A stretch of 64,000 bases of DNA from Prorocentrum cordatum. Its lineage: Eukaryota. The stretch lies in NCBI GenBank assembly GCA_963575745.1, contig CAUYUJ010000015.1, positions 248,001 to 312,000 on the forward strand, in the 5' to 3' direction. Positions 37,182 through 53,130 of this stretch are shown piece by piece. Each line of letters begins with the position of its first letter. The first letter of the stretch is position 1. The notes under the pieces are model-generated. The model saw nothing but the letters and a program-made list of their open reading frames with translations. It made no database searches and was not told the origin of the DNA. A program made the position numbers and the translations under genes.

Positions 37182-38310
37182 TTGCGCGAACACTACGATT
37201 GGTTCGTAGATTACGTCAAGAAGCACAAGGTCCAAGTGTGCATGGGTGATTTCAACATGTGCATGTTCGATTTGGTTCAACAGTGCCGCAGTCGCGGCCT
37301 GACCATCGACGCGGGCGCGTGGACCCCTCGGAAGACCGCAGGCGGCGCGCCCAGTGCCGACAGCATCGCCAAAGGCTTGGACGTCTTACACGAGGGCAAC
37401 GGCGGCCTCCTCGCGCACCACAATACCGACGAGTTCTTCGAGTTCGATTACACGAATGGGCTTGGAAAACAGTTGGAAACAGACTTGCCCAAGAGCGTCA
37501 ACCAGATGGATAAGTTGCGTCCTTGTCTGACGCCAGCAGACGCGCCCGTCGCCGCAGTCGTGGACTTCGAGACGAAGATGGCCGAGATCAAGAGGAATCC
37601 GCAGTCGCGGAGGCATCGAGCACAAGAGTGGGTTCCGCGCCCGTTCAGGACGCGGCAGAAGGAGGTGAACGTCGCCATCTGGAAAGGCTCAATGGGAAAG
37701 GCGCGCAACGGAGCCCACTTCCCTTTACTGGTGTATGCGCACAACCAGCCACGCAGGTCGCCTGAGAAGCAAGCCGAGAGGCCCCTTAAGCAGAAGCCAA
37801 GGAAAGGGGATAACTGGGGGAGCCGAAAAGGAGGCAAAGAGGCAGGGCGAAAACGACGAGCGCAAAGGCGGCGAAGGCCAGAGCAAGGGCGGCCACGGCA
37901 GAGGCCACTGGGGCGGCAAGGGCAAACGCGAATGGGCAGTGGCTCATGACCAACCACCTGGCCTTGAAGCCGCAGTAGCGGTTCAGGAGGAGGCTCGGGG
38001 CCACTGGCAGAGAAACAGGTGGGACGGCTGGAACTCGTGGCGTTCGCAGGGGAGCTCTTGGAATGATTGGGGCTCCTGGGATGGATGGGGCTCCAGTTGG
38101 TGGAGAGATCAGGGCGCCGTAGTCGCGGCTGAGACGCCGCCTGCAGCCGAGGCCCCGATGCCGCAGTCGCGGTTTGCTGGCGGCCACGAGCAATCGGCCG
38201 TTGGCAGCATGTGGGCTAATGCGAACAGTTGGGATGCTCCAGCGCCCCAGCTGCCCATGCCGCTGGGCTCGGTTTGGAGCTACTGGGTGCCTCCAGGGTC
38301 GCTTCCATGA
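36315..38310 (+). pseudogene. Cargo gene E: endonuclease/exonuclease/phosphatase (EEP)-like protein, frameshifted, Trp-rich C-terminus
   Basis: PAHVVAI*E (cf. PDIIxLQE), VCMGDFN, GAHFPLLV (cf. SDHxPL) in canonical order. Confidence 0.65.
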
Positions 38311-38370
38311 CGCCTCAGTTGTGGCATCGCAGAGAAAAATCACCATCACCGACATAATATATCAATAGTA

Positions 38371-38453
38371 GCGTTCTTTAAAACAGTGCCGGGCGACTGT
38401 TTTACAGAACGGTGCCGTTCTTTAAAACGATCTCGTTATTCGGACTTTTGGAT
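38371..38453 (-). repeat. Right terminal inverted repeat
   Basis: Reverse complement ATCCAAAAGTCCGAATAACGAGATCGTTTTAAAGAACGG...; one full palindrome (38372-38411) plus a half site. Confidence 0.9.
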
Positions 38454-38455
38454 TA

Positions 38456-41400
38456 GGCCTGGAGCGCGTCGCAGAATTCGCGGAGTGGGTCTGGCACCGC
38501 TGCCTCCCAGGCGCTCCTCGCCGCTGGGCCAACACCTCCGTGCAGCGCCACCTTGGCCGCCTTCTTGCACGGCAGCGGGTGGAGCCTTTTCGCGAGTCTC
38601 CTCCTGCTATGCGCCTTGGTCACTGTCGCCTGGCCTCCTCGGCACTCGTCGAACAGGGGCCCCTTCCTAGTCCTCCTCGCTCTGAGGCCTACCTCCTCCT
38701 TCAGCTTCCCATTGCCGTGCTGGACAAGGTGGTGGCCGCGGTGCCGCAGCGCCTCCCAGAGCCTTGGGCTCAGGGCCTCCTACTCCTCAGCACCCTCCTC
38801 CTGGCCTGCGCCGGCGAACTCGTCCTCCACCTCCGCCTGGGCCTCCAGCTCCACGAAGCCCTTGGGGAGGCCGTCCGCGCCCTCCTCCTGCGCTTGCAAC
38901 GGCACCGTGGACGTCGCTACCGACCGCGCCGCCAGCACCCTCTCGGCCTTGGTGGCTCAGGCCGCGGCCCCCTTCTTGACGAAGGCGTCGGCGCACCTGA
39001 TGCCCTTCCGCCCCCTGAGGTCCTCCTCATTCTTGCGCTCAGCTTTAGCCTGGTGGCCCTTGACCTTCACCACCTCCATCCCCTTCATGTCGCCGAACTC
39101 GGTCCACGACCTGCTCTTTAGCCTCTTGCGGTCGCTCCCAAAGCCGAGCTCCCGCTGCGTGTTGGTGGCGCAGTCGATCGAGCCCTGGCAATCCGAGTGC
39201 ACCGTCGCTGGGGCCGCGCAGCGCCCTGATAAGATGTGGAACGCGTAGTCCTCACCATCTTGCGTCAGCTTCATCGAGGTCCACCGCAATGGCACCGTGC
39301 CGTGCAGCGCGCCGCCCAGCTTTCCCGCGGGGCTCAGCATCACCACCGCCCAGCCCGCACGCCTCAGTGCGAAATCCTCCGCGTTCACCGCCGAGCCGTC
39401 CACGAAGCCGTCCCCCGCGAAACTATCAAGCGGAGGCCTCAGGTGCACAATGCCTCCACCTCTCGCCCGGGCCTCTCGTCTCCGGAAGCCAGACCTGGGT
39501 GATCTATGGGAAGAGGCCCCGAACGAACCTCTCGCCAACTTCTTCTCCTCCGTCTCTCCCTGCGCGAGGCGCTGCCTCCGGAGCCTCAAGGCGGGCAGGA
39601 GTCGCGCCGTGCGGCCCCAATGGCGTCGCACGCTCAGTGCCTGTGCCACGGCGTGCCTCGCGTCGGCTTGCGCCTCCTGCGCTTGGCCGGCACTCCTTGG
39701 CCATGTCGTGGAGCCTCGCCTGCGGCCACTGTGGCCCTCGTACGCAGCACCGCAGCGCCCTCTTGCACGCCAGGCCCCGCGTTTCCTCTTCCTTCGCCGC
39801 CTGCAGCTCCTCAGTGTGCCTCCACTGTGCGGGGCCTCCCCACGCCGAGCCCTTCCCCAGGCTGGGCAGCGCTCGCGCGTCCGCCGTCCACTGCGCCAGC
39901 TGCGTCCAGCTCCTCGCCCGTTGGGGCCCTCAGCTGGAAGGCCGACCCCATCTCGGTGCCCGCCCTCGCCATCATGAGCACCATGACGTCCGCCGGGCTC
40001 TTTGCCCTCCGCCATTGGCTTTTTTACCTTACAGCGAAAACTGATAGGTTTCTAGTGGGCTCAAAAGAGAGCATCATGACTCCCCAGGGGGGCCTGGGCA
40101 GATGCCAGACGGGTGCCCGGGAAAACCGGGGACTTCTTTTTTAACCAACAGTAACGCATTTCGTGTTCTTCAAGTTCCCAGAACTCCATTCCTGGACATG
40201 GTTTTGAATGCCCAGAGCCAACTGTAGGCCACTTCGTCTTCTTCGAGTTCCCAGAACTCCATTCCTGGGCATGATTTTGAATGCCCGGAGCCAACTGTAG
40301 GCCACTTCGTGTTCAGAACCTCATTCCTGGGAATGATTTTGAATGCCCAGAGCCAACTGTAGGCCACTTCGTGTTCTTCGAGTTCCCAGAACTCCATTCC
40401 CGGGCCACATTTTGAATGCTGAGGCAGGCTGAGGCTGAGGCTGAGGCAGGCTGAGGCTGAGGCAGGCTGAGGCTGAGGCCGAGGCTGAAGGCAGACTGAG
40501 GCTGAGGCTGAAGCAGGCTAAGGCTGAGGCTGAGGCTGAGGCAGGCTGATGCTGAGGCTGAGGCTGAGGCTGAGGCTGATGCAGGCTGAGGCTGAGGCTG
40601 AGGCTGAGGCCGAGGCTGAAGGCAGACTGAGGCTGAGGCTGAAGCAGGCTGAGGCTGAGGCTGAGGCAGGCTGAGGCTGAGGCAGGCTGGCTGAGGCAGG
40701 CTGAGGCTGAGGCTGAGGCTGAAGCAGGCTGAGGCTGAGGCTGAGGCTGAGGCTGAGGCAGGCTGATGCTGAGGCAGGCTGAGGCTGAGGCTGAGGCTGA
40801 GCAGGCTGAGGCTGAGGCAGGCTGAGGCTGAGGCCGAGGCTGAGGCAGACTGAGGCTGAGGCTGAAGCAGGCTGAGGCTGAGGCTGAGGCAGGCTGAGGC
40901 TGAGGCTGAGGCAGGCTGATGCTGAGGCAGGCTGAGGCTGAGGCTGAGGCTGATGCAGGCTGAGGCTGAGGCAGGCTGAGGCTGAGGCCGAGGCTGAAGG
41001 CAGACTGAGGCTGAGGCTGAAGCAGGCTGAGGCTGAGGCTGAGGCAGGCTGAGGCTGAGGCTGAGGCAGGCTGATGCTGAGACAGGCTGAGGCTGAGGCT
41101 GAGGCTGATGCAGGCTGAGGCTGAGGCAGGCTGAGGCTGAGGCCGAGGCTGAAGGCAGACTGAGGCCGAGGCTGAAGCAGGCTGAGGCTGAGGCTGAGGC
41201 AGGCTGAGGCTGAGGCAGAGGCAGGCTGATGCTGAGGCAGGCTGAGGCTGAGGCTGAGGCTGATGCAGGCTGAGGCTGAGGCAGGCTGAAGCTGAGGCCG
41301 AGGCTGAAGGCAGACTGAGGCTGAGGCTGAAGCAGGCTGAGGCTGAGGCTGAGGCTGAGGCTGAGGCTGAGGCTGAGGCCTGAGGCTGAGGCAGGCTGAG

Positions 41401-43250
41401 GCTGAGGCTGAGGCGGATGCAGGCTGAGGCTGAGGCAGGCTGAGGCTGAGGCCGAGGCTGAAGGCAGACTGAGGCTGAGGCTGAAGCAGGCTGAGGCTGA
41501 GGCTGAGGCAGGCTGAGGCTGAGGCTGAGGCAGGCTGATGCTGAGGCAGGCTGAGGCTGAGGCTGAGGCTGATGCAGGCTGAGGATGAGGCAGGCTGAGG
41601 CTGAGGCCGAAGCCGACGGCAGACTAAGGCTGAGGCAGAAGCAGGCTGAGGCAGAGGCAGGCTGAGGCTGAGGCAGAGGCAGGCTGATGCTGAGACAGGC
41701 TGATGCTGAGACTGAGGCTGATGCATGGTTAGGCTGAGGCAGGCTGAGGCTGAGGCCGAGGCTGAAGGCAGACTGATGCTGAGGCTAAAGCAGGCTGAGG
41801 CTGAAGCTGAGGCTGAGGCAGGCTGAGGCTGAGGCAGGCTGAGGCTGAAGGCAGGCTGAGGCGGATGCTGAGGCAGGCTGAGGCTGTGACTGTGATTGTG
41901 ACTGCCGTTGCCACTGCGACTGTCATCGCGAATGCGACTACGACTGCGAGAGCAGCAGAATTCTACAACTGGATTATCATTTGAATCTTAAGGGGAATGC
42001 TTCCAGATATGCTCCTACACATCGCTGTTAGGTTGCTTTGCCGGGATAATTTCAGGCTGCCTCCTCGCATCCCCACAGCAGCTCACCATGACCGCCAGCG
42101 GCGTCTCCTTGAACGGCTCCGCCACATGTCGCCTAGCTCCTCGCCGTCTCCTTTGCCACCAGCGTCTGCGGGTCCATGGGCGCCGCATTGAGCGACACCC
42201 TCAGCCTCAGCGTGACCACCGCCCCTCTGGGCAGCTTACGCTCGGCCCTGCGTGCTTGCAGGCGTAGCCTGCGTAGCTTGTGCAGCCTGCCGTTGGGGAG
42301 GCCCGTCACCCCCACACCCCACAGCGCCGTCGTCGTGGGACTGCCCCACTGCAGGTGCCCAGCTCTGGTGGCTCCTGCCGCTCGCAGCCTCTGCACCCTG
42401 TTCGCCGCCTTCGCTGTCCTTGCGAGGCGCCTGTCCTGCTCCCCGCAGCGCCTCAACCTGCCGTCCGTTGCGGCGCCTCCGAGGTTGTGGGCTCCTTCCG
42501 CCCGCTCTAGCACCAGGCACTCCTCCGCCAAAGCTGCTGCCATCGCCACCGCCGTGGACGCGTCGCTCGCCGTGAGCTCGGTCTTCTGCCTGGAGACGAC
42601 CAGGTCCTTCGCCTCAAGCAGCTCAACCATCCTCACCGTGGCTGCTGCGAGCTGCCGCTTCACCTGCTCCTTCTCGCCCGCCGCCTGCACCATCACCTCG
42701 CCGACCAAGCTCGGGTATCGAACCAACCGGCACTCCCTGGCCAGCAGGCCGAGCGTCCTGTGCAGCAGCACTTCTGCCAGGCCCGTCACGCAGGAGCACG
42801 CCGCCGCCGGCGTGCCGTTCGCCTCCAGCCTCTCGCGGACCGTCTGCCCCCACCTGGCCCTCCGCCGCAGCCTGCAGCGAGTGCACGGCAGCCGCAGGAG
42901 CCCCTGGGGGAGAGCGCACTCTCACGCCGCTCTGCGCCTCAGCGCCTCGTGGGGCGCGTGTTCGTTCTACAAGTAGAGCTGCTCATCAAGACCACAACCA
43001 AGTGCGAGATGATCTTCACGACCATGCGGTCGGCTCTGATCCCCGTGCTAGAACTGGGCCAGGGCCTGGAGTCCCGCCCCATCCGCGAAGCCGACCGTCC
43101 TCGCGTGGCAGGCCACCGCGTTGGAGACCATCCCCACCCTGGCGCACGGCGCGCGCGCCCCTCCCCCAAAGCGGCCCTGGCCTGGCAACTCCGACTCCCG
43201 GCGCTGCATCAGCGGCTGGCGGATGCGGCTCCACAGCCCGCCATGGATTT
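38456..43250 (-). mobile_element. Decayed non-LTR (LINE-like) retrotransposon: RT/thumb remnant (42060-43050) and RNase H (38960-39430), interrupted at 40021-42050
   Basis: RNase H FVDGS..RRAGWAVV..HSDCQ..KVKGH..ADAFVKKGA; RT-region remnants HNLG and LWGVGVTGL; catalytic DD motif decayed. Confidence 0.75.
40021..42050. mobile_element. Non-autonomous Helentron/Helitron2-like element, copy 1, with 73-bp-family tandem repeat and ~1.45-kb (GCTGAG)n array (40418-41885)
   Basis: Starts TTTTTACCTTACAGCGA, ends TCGCTGTTAGGTTGCTTTGCCGGGATAAT; same ends as 61456-62969; removal rejoins LINE frame RRQPE-SQWRRAKSP with no duplication. Confidence 0.65.
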
Positions 43251-44369
43251 TCGGAGCCCATATGAATCGCAAGAAATCCACAAGGATCATCGGAACCCTT
43301 AGAATTTCCATCGGGATCCGAAGAGAGTTCGTCGGGCATCATCTGGAGGAAATATCCAGGAAGTCAACCGACATCGTTCGGATATACCATGAAGAATTCC
43401 GTGGACATCGTTGGGAGATCCCGAGGCAATCCTCGGGACATCCTTGATGGTCCTCTAGGACATCCCTCGAACAATGCCTGAGGGATCCTCGGCTTGCTCG
43501 TCACATGGCAAGCCAGGGGTAGCTGGGAAACTTTCTATTATAGACTACTCGTCATCCTGATATCCCCCCTCCCCTTGAGCTTGCTCATCGTTATCATCCC
43601 CATCATCGCCTTCTCCTGCTCACACTCATTCTCAGAATGCTCACTCGACCCCCTCACCCCGCTCATCATCAGCCTCATTATCATTATCATCCCCCCTCCT
43701 GTTCGTCCTCGTCCAAATAGATATCATCTTATCCTCCGTGCTCTTCATCCTCCTCCTGGTCATCCCCTTGCTCATCGTCAGCGTCCTCATGACCTTACCC
43801 TCTTCCTCCTGTGTACCCTCCAGAAGCTTTCGGCTGCGACTCCATCAGGCGCACCGCTTACGCACTCCGTGCCCCCTGGCCTTACATTTGCTTGTGGCTG
43901 AGCCCCAACATGGCTGAGGGCATCCCTCATTCGGCACACAGCTCCCACATTTCGTGCCCGATATCTCTCCAGAGGCTTCTGGTCGAGGCTCGACTTTAGC
44001 ACTCCACTCACGTCTATTACACCTTCCAGCTTCCCATAAATTCTTCAAGTTGGCCTCGCACTTAAGGATGGCCATAATAACGAAACAGAGTATTCCACAC
44101 TACTCGTCAAATGGCCACACACGGATGCAGGAAACACTCATGTTTTTTTCTAACCTTGCCATTCAGGGGTGCGAAGCGCATCATCAACACTGCTTCTTTT
44201 TTTCTTCACATAACAACCCCGCGGCACATGCGGGTGAATTACATACTATTCCATTCCTCTCGTCACGTTGGAACGCAACGAGGGTGGACAACCCACAATT
44301 CGATTCTACTCGTTGGTTTGAAGGTCGGTTGGTTGGCAACGACCACCAGAGCGACGCTTGCGACGGGCA

Positions 44370-46005
44370 GGGTGATCCTGACAGGCGGGTCGGGTTGGCG
44401 GGTCACGGGCGGGTCGGGTGGGCGGACGCTGACGGGCGGGTCGGGTGGGCGGACCTAACGGGCTGGCCGGGCGGGCGGACCTTAACAGGCGGGCGGGTCG
44501 GGTCGGCCGGGATATTAAAGTTGTGCGCAATCCGTCAAGGGAGACATCCACGCAGGCGAAGGCGGCGACGACGACGACGACGACGACGGCCACGAGGAGG
44601 GCGACAACAGCGACGACGGTGAGAGCGACGATTGCGACAAAAACCACATGGGAGGGTTGGTCGGGCGGACCCTAACAAGCGCGTCTGGCGAGCGGGTCGT
44701 GTCGGGCTGACGCTAACGGGCGGGTCGGGTGGGCGGGCCCTAACAGGCCGGTCTTGTCGGCCCGGACATTAAAGTAGTGTAAATGTCATCCAGCAGGACA
44801 TCCACCATGGCGACGACGACGACGACTACGCCGCCGCCGACAACGACCAGGGCGACGAAAGCGACGAGGACGACGACGACGACAAGGGCGAACACGGTGA
44901 CAACGATGAGGGGGGCGACGACGACCACCCTGACGGGCGGGTCGGGCGACTGGACTTTCACGAGGGCGGGATTGCGAACCCCACCTGGCGGGTCGGTCGG
45001 GCGGACCCTGCCGGGTGGGCGGGTTTGGGCGGGCGGAACATTGAAGTAGTGTGTAGTCCATCCAGCCGGACATCCACGAGGGCGACGACGAGGGTGACGC
45101 CGCCGACGACGAGGGCGACGAAGACATGAAGACGGCGAGGACGACGTCGATGACGAGGACGGCGTCGATGACGAGGCCGACGGCGACGAGGGTGACGACC
45201 ACGACGGTGGCGACGAGGACGAGGACGACGACAGCGACGAGGAGGGCGACGACGACGACTGTGAGGGCGGCGACTGCGACGACGATCCTGACGGGCGGGT
45301 CGGGTGGGCGGACCCTAACGGGGGGGTCGGGTGGGCGGGTCGGGCGGGCGGACCCCACTTGGCGGGTGGGGCGGGCGAACCCTAACGGGCGGGTCAGGCA
45401 GGCGTGCCCTAAGAGGCGGGCGGGGCGGGTCAGCAGGGATATTGAAGTAGCGTGCGAAGCATCCAGCATGACACGCACGAGAAATGCGACGATGAGGGCG
45501 ACGGTAACGACGACGAGGGCGACGACAATAACGGCAACGAGCGCAACGAACGCGACGAGAACGACGGCGGCGACGAGGGAGGACGACGACAACGACGAGG
45601 GCAGCGACAACGACGCCGACGAGGACGGCGACGACGACGGATGCTACATCAGCAACGACGATGGGGGCGACGACGGCGACGACGACGACGACCCGAATGG
45701 GCGGATCTGGCGGGCGGATCCTAACGGGCGGGTTGGGTGAGCGGACCGACACAGGCGGGTTGGGCGGGCCATTCATGTAGTGCGCAATCTATCCAGCGAA
45801 CATCAACGAGGGCGACGACGGGGACGACCCCGACGTCGACGACGAAAACGGGCGGGCGGACCCTAACGGGCGGGCGGGCCTGGCGGGACATTCGAGTAAT
45901 ACGCAACCCATCCAGCAAGATAATTATCCACGAGGGCCACGACGACGACGAGGGCGACGACGAGGCCAACGACGATCACGACGATGTCGACGACCGTGAC
46001 GATCG
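44370..46005. repeat. Composite repeat alternating GGGCGGGTCGGGTGGGCGGACCCTAAC units with (GAC)n; inverted fragment at about 53700-53760
   Basis: Directly visible repeated blocks. Confidence 0.85.
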
Positions 46006-47365
46006 GGGTGTTTTGGGTGCCTCTGGGGAACCTCTTGGGAGCCTCTTAGGGACATCTTGGGGGCCTCTTGAGGCCTCCTGCGCACCTCTCGAGGCCGTCT
46101 TAGGGGCACCCTTGGGAGCCTTGGGGGCCATCTAGGAAGAAATCAATCAAAGGAGGGGCCGTAATACTTTGAGATAAGATCAATTAGTTTGGTCTTTTCT
46201 CGCCGAAGCCTCTTGTGCAGTTCTGGGGGCCGCCTTGGGGGCCTCTTGGGGGCTCTTGGGGCTTTCTTGGGAGCCTTCTCGGGGCATCTCGGGGGCGTCT
46301 TTGGGGCCTCTTGGGGCCTCCTGGACATCTCTCGGGGCCATCTTGGGGCACCCTTGGGAGCCTTGGGGGCCATCTTGGAGGAGATCGTGCAAAGGAGGGG
46401 CCGTAATACTTTGAGATAAGATCTATTAGTTTAGTCTTCTCGCCGAGGCTTCTTGGGCCGTTATGGGTGCCGCCTGGGGGGGGCTCTTGGGGCTTTCTTG
46501 GGAGCCTTTTGGGGGCATCTTGGGGGCTTCTTTGGTGCCTTTTGGGGCCTCCTGGGCACCTCTCGGGGCCATCTTGGGGCACCCTTGGGAGCCTTGGGGG
46601 CCATCTTGGAGGAGATCGATCAGAGGAAGGGCCGTAGTACAGTAGGGTCCTCCCCGTAGCAGGCCACAATGTGGCCAAACTTTGAGATAAGATCAATGAG
46701 CTTGGTCTTCTCGCCGAGGCCTCTTGGGCCGTTTTAAATGCCGCCTGGGGGCTCTTGGGGGCATCTTGGGGGCCTCTTGGATTCCTCTTTGGGGCCTCCT
46801 GTGCACCTCGCGGGGCCGTCTTGGGACACTTTGGGAGCCTCGGGGGCCATGTTGGAAGAGATCGATCAAAGGAGGGGGTCCCCCCCTAGGATGCCATAAT
46901 GTGGCCAAAACCTTAGTACAATGAATGATCCTGGCTTCCTTGTCGAGGTCTCCTGGGCCATCTTGGATGCCTCCGGGGGGGACCTCTTGGGAGTCTTTTG
47001 GGAGCCTCTTGAAGACATCTCGGGCGCCTCTTGGAGGCCTCCTGGTCACCTCTTGGGACCGTCTTGAGGCACCCTTGGGAGCCTCGGAGGCCATCTTGGG
47101 GCCATTTTGGAGGAGATCGACCAAGGGAGGGGCCGTGGTACATTATGGTCTCCCCACCAGGAGGCCACAAGGTGGCCAAAGCTTGGTAATCAATGTTTCT
47201 GGCTTCCTCTCCGAGGCCATCCCGGACGCTCCAGCCCCTCGCGAAAGGCCCCATCCAGACCCATGGGGGAGGGGGAGGGGGAGGGGCAAACCCTTCCCCC
47301 AAGGGGAAGCAGGGGCTGAACGAGGAAGCGCTCGAAACCGCTCAAGCCCTAAAGGGCTGGTGGGG
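46005..47365. repeat. CTTGGGGGCC-rich interspersed repeat with ~250-bp higher-order unit; related sequence at 61170-61450 and 63060-64000
   Basis: Recurrent cttgggagccttgggggccatcttggaggagatc...ggggccgta...tttgagataagatc; ends near hairpin agccctaaagggct. Confidence 0.75.
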
Positions 47366-47434
47366 TTCTCGCCCCCCACCTCCTCTTGGAAGGCCGCCCT
47401 CCTCTCGCCATGCCCGCTCGCTCCCGCGGCGCAG

Positions 47435-47552
47435 GTTCTCGCAGGACAGCATCGGGGCGACGTTCCGGGACGGCCGCCCCCTGCAGGAGCTGGTCGACGA
47501 CCTGCTCAGCGGGGCGGCGGATCCTCTGCGGGACAGGTTTCTCGAGCTGGAG
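47435..47552 (+). CDS. Isolated host exon, ParB-like RFSQxSI-type domain fragment
   Basis: cgcag| (R)FSQDSIGATFRDGRPLQELVDDLLSGAADPLRDRFLELE |gcgggc; AG acceptor, GC donor, GC3-rich codons. Confidence 0.6.
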
Positions 47553-48377
47553 GCGGGCCTCCCCGAGCGGCTCGCAGTGGCGACGAGGACGACGACGCTT
47601 GGAACGGAGGCAGGGGGAGGAGGAGAGGCAGGAGGAGGAGAAGGCAGGAGGCAGGAGGAGGAGGAGGAGGAGGAGGCACGAGGAGGAGGAGTAGGAGGAG
47701 GAGTAGGAGGAGGAGGGGGAGGAGATTACCGCCACAGGCTCTGTCCTAAGGTTTGCCCAACGTAGAAAAGGAGGAGGAGGAGGAGGAAGAGGAGGAGGAG
47801 GAGGATGAAGGGTGGGAGGAGGAGCCGCCTCCCCACCCTCTCTCAAAAGCTCGTCCTTCTGTTCGACCGCTCCCTGCTTCTCTACGCACCTGCTGCGAGC
47901 ACCCGTCAAGACATGAAGGCGCAATGACGACCCTGCACACACAACATAAGTTCAGAGGGGAGGCGAGGGGAGGAAGGGGGAAGAGCCACACCCCGCCTAT
48001 CCCTAGAACTCCTCGTGGCAAGAGGCCGAGCACGACATCCCACCGCGCCAGAGCCGGAGGGCAGGGGGCCGCCTCGCCGTCGGGCACACGGGCGAACACA
48101 GCAATGGCAAGGTCACGAGCACAGGCGAGGCGAGGGGGGAAGCGAGGGGAGGGGTAGACGGGGTGAGGAGCCCAAGCCCACTGCTGGAAAGACAAATTTG
48201 AGATAAGTATCGTAGTAAACGACCGCAAACGTAGAGAGTTGTAAACTGCGACCGTATGGCCGTCGTGTGTCTTCGTCCACTCCCGCTGGCGTTGGCGAAG
48301 GGGGGAGTTTCGAGGTGCAGCTGACACAGCCCGCAGCGGCAGGAGCAGGAGGAGCAGCAGAGCAGAGTTCGTGTTTA

Positions 48378-52591
<4,214 letters not shown>

Positions 52592-52664
52592 TAAAGCCTC
52601 CCCCTCGCGATTAGTGCGTACGCGCGGCCGCGCGGCCCCGCGCGGCCGCGCGGCCCCGCGCGGC

Positions 52665-53130
52665 CCTGCACGCGCCGGTACCAGCACTGCAGCTGGTGAC
52701 GTTCGGCTTGGGTATCGTCTCCCACGTGCCCCCGAACATTGCCAGAGCTCTCACCCCAACGTGGCCGGCGACGGCGGGCCCCAGTTCACCTCCCACGTCT
52801 CCTTGAGCGTTGCCTTCCACATCACGTTGAGCAGCATCGCCAGTGCCTGCTGCTGAGGCTTACCCTTTTCGCACAAGCAGATCCTGGCGCTGTAGTACTG
52901 GCGCTTCGTTATTGAATATAGCTGATCACATTCCCGCACGCGCGAATCCCAGCAATGTGATTGATGACATCGGGCTCCGACTTCGCCTCCCACGGGGCCG
53001 CTGGGCAACAACACTGTCCACTGCTGTATTTCGCTTTCCTGCACGCAGTGGCCCCAGCGTTATGGCTAATGAACTGGGGTCTCAGTGTGGATTGCCGCTG
53101 ATATCTGCTTGCGACAAGTGAAATAGAGTC
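52665..53130 (-). pseudogene. Degenerate pentatricopeptide-repeat (PPR) coding remnant
   Basis: ISHNAGATACRK, WEAKSEPDVINHIAGIRACG, YSARICLCEKGKPQQQALAMLLNVMWKATL, WETIPKPNVTSCSAGTGAC in shifting frames. Confidence 0.7.

Larger units (their letters stand above)
21411..38453 (+). mobile_element. 17.0-kb pogo-like (IS630-Tc1-mariner) DNA transposon with cargo genes; TA target-site duplication (21409-21410, 38454-38455)
   Basis: Left end ATCCAAAAG..CGAGATCGTTT; right end AAACGATCTCG..CTTTTGGAT; shared subterminal palindromes; DD35D transposase inside; flanks rejoin into one ORF. Confidence 0.9.

Noticed and set aside
44370..45890. Telomeric repeats (CCCTAA)
   Set aside because: Single CCCTAAC units embedded in a longer repeat, never tandem.
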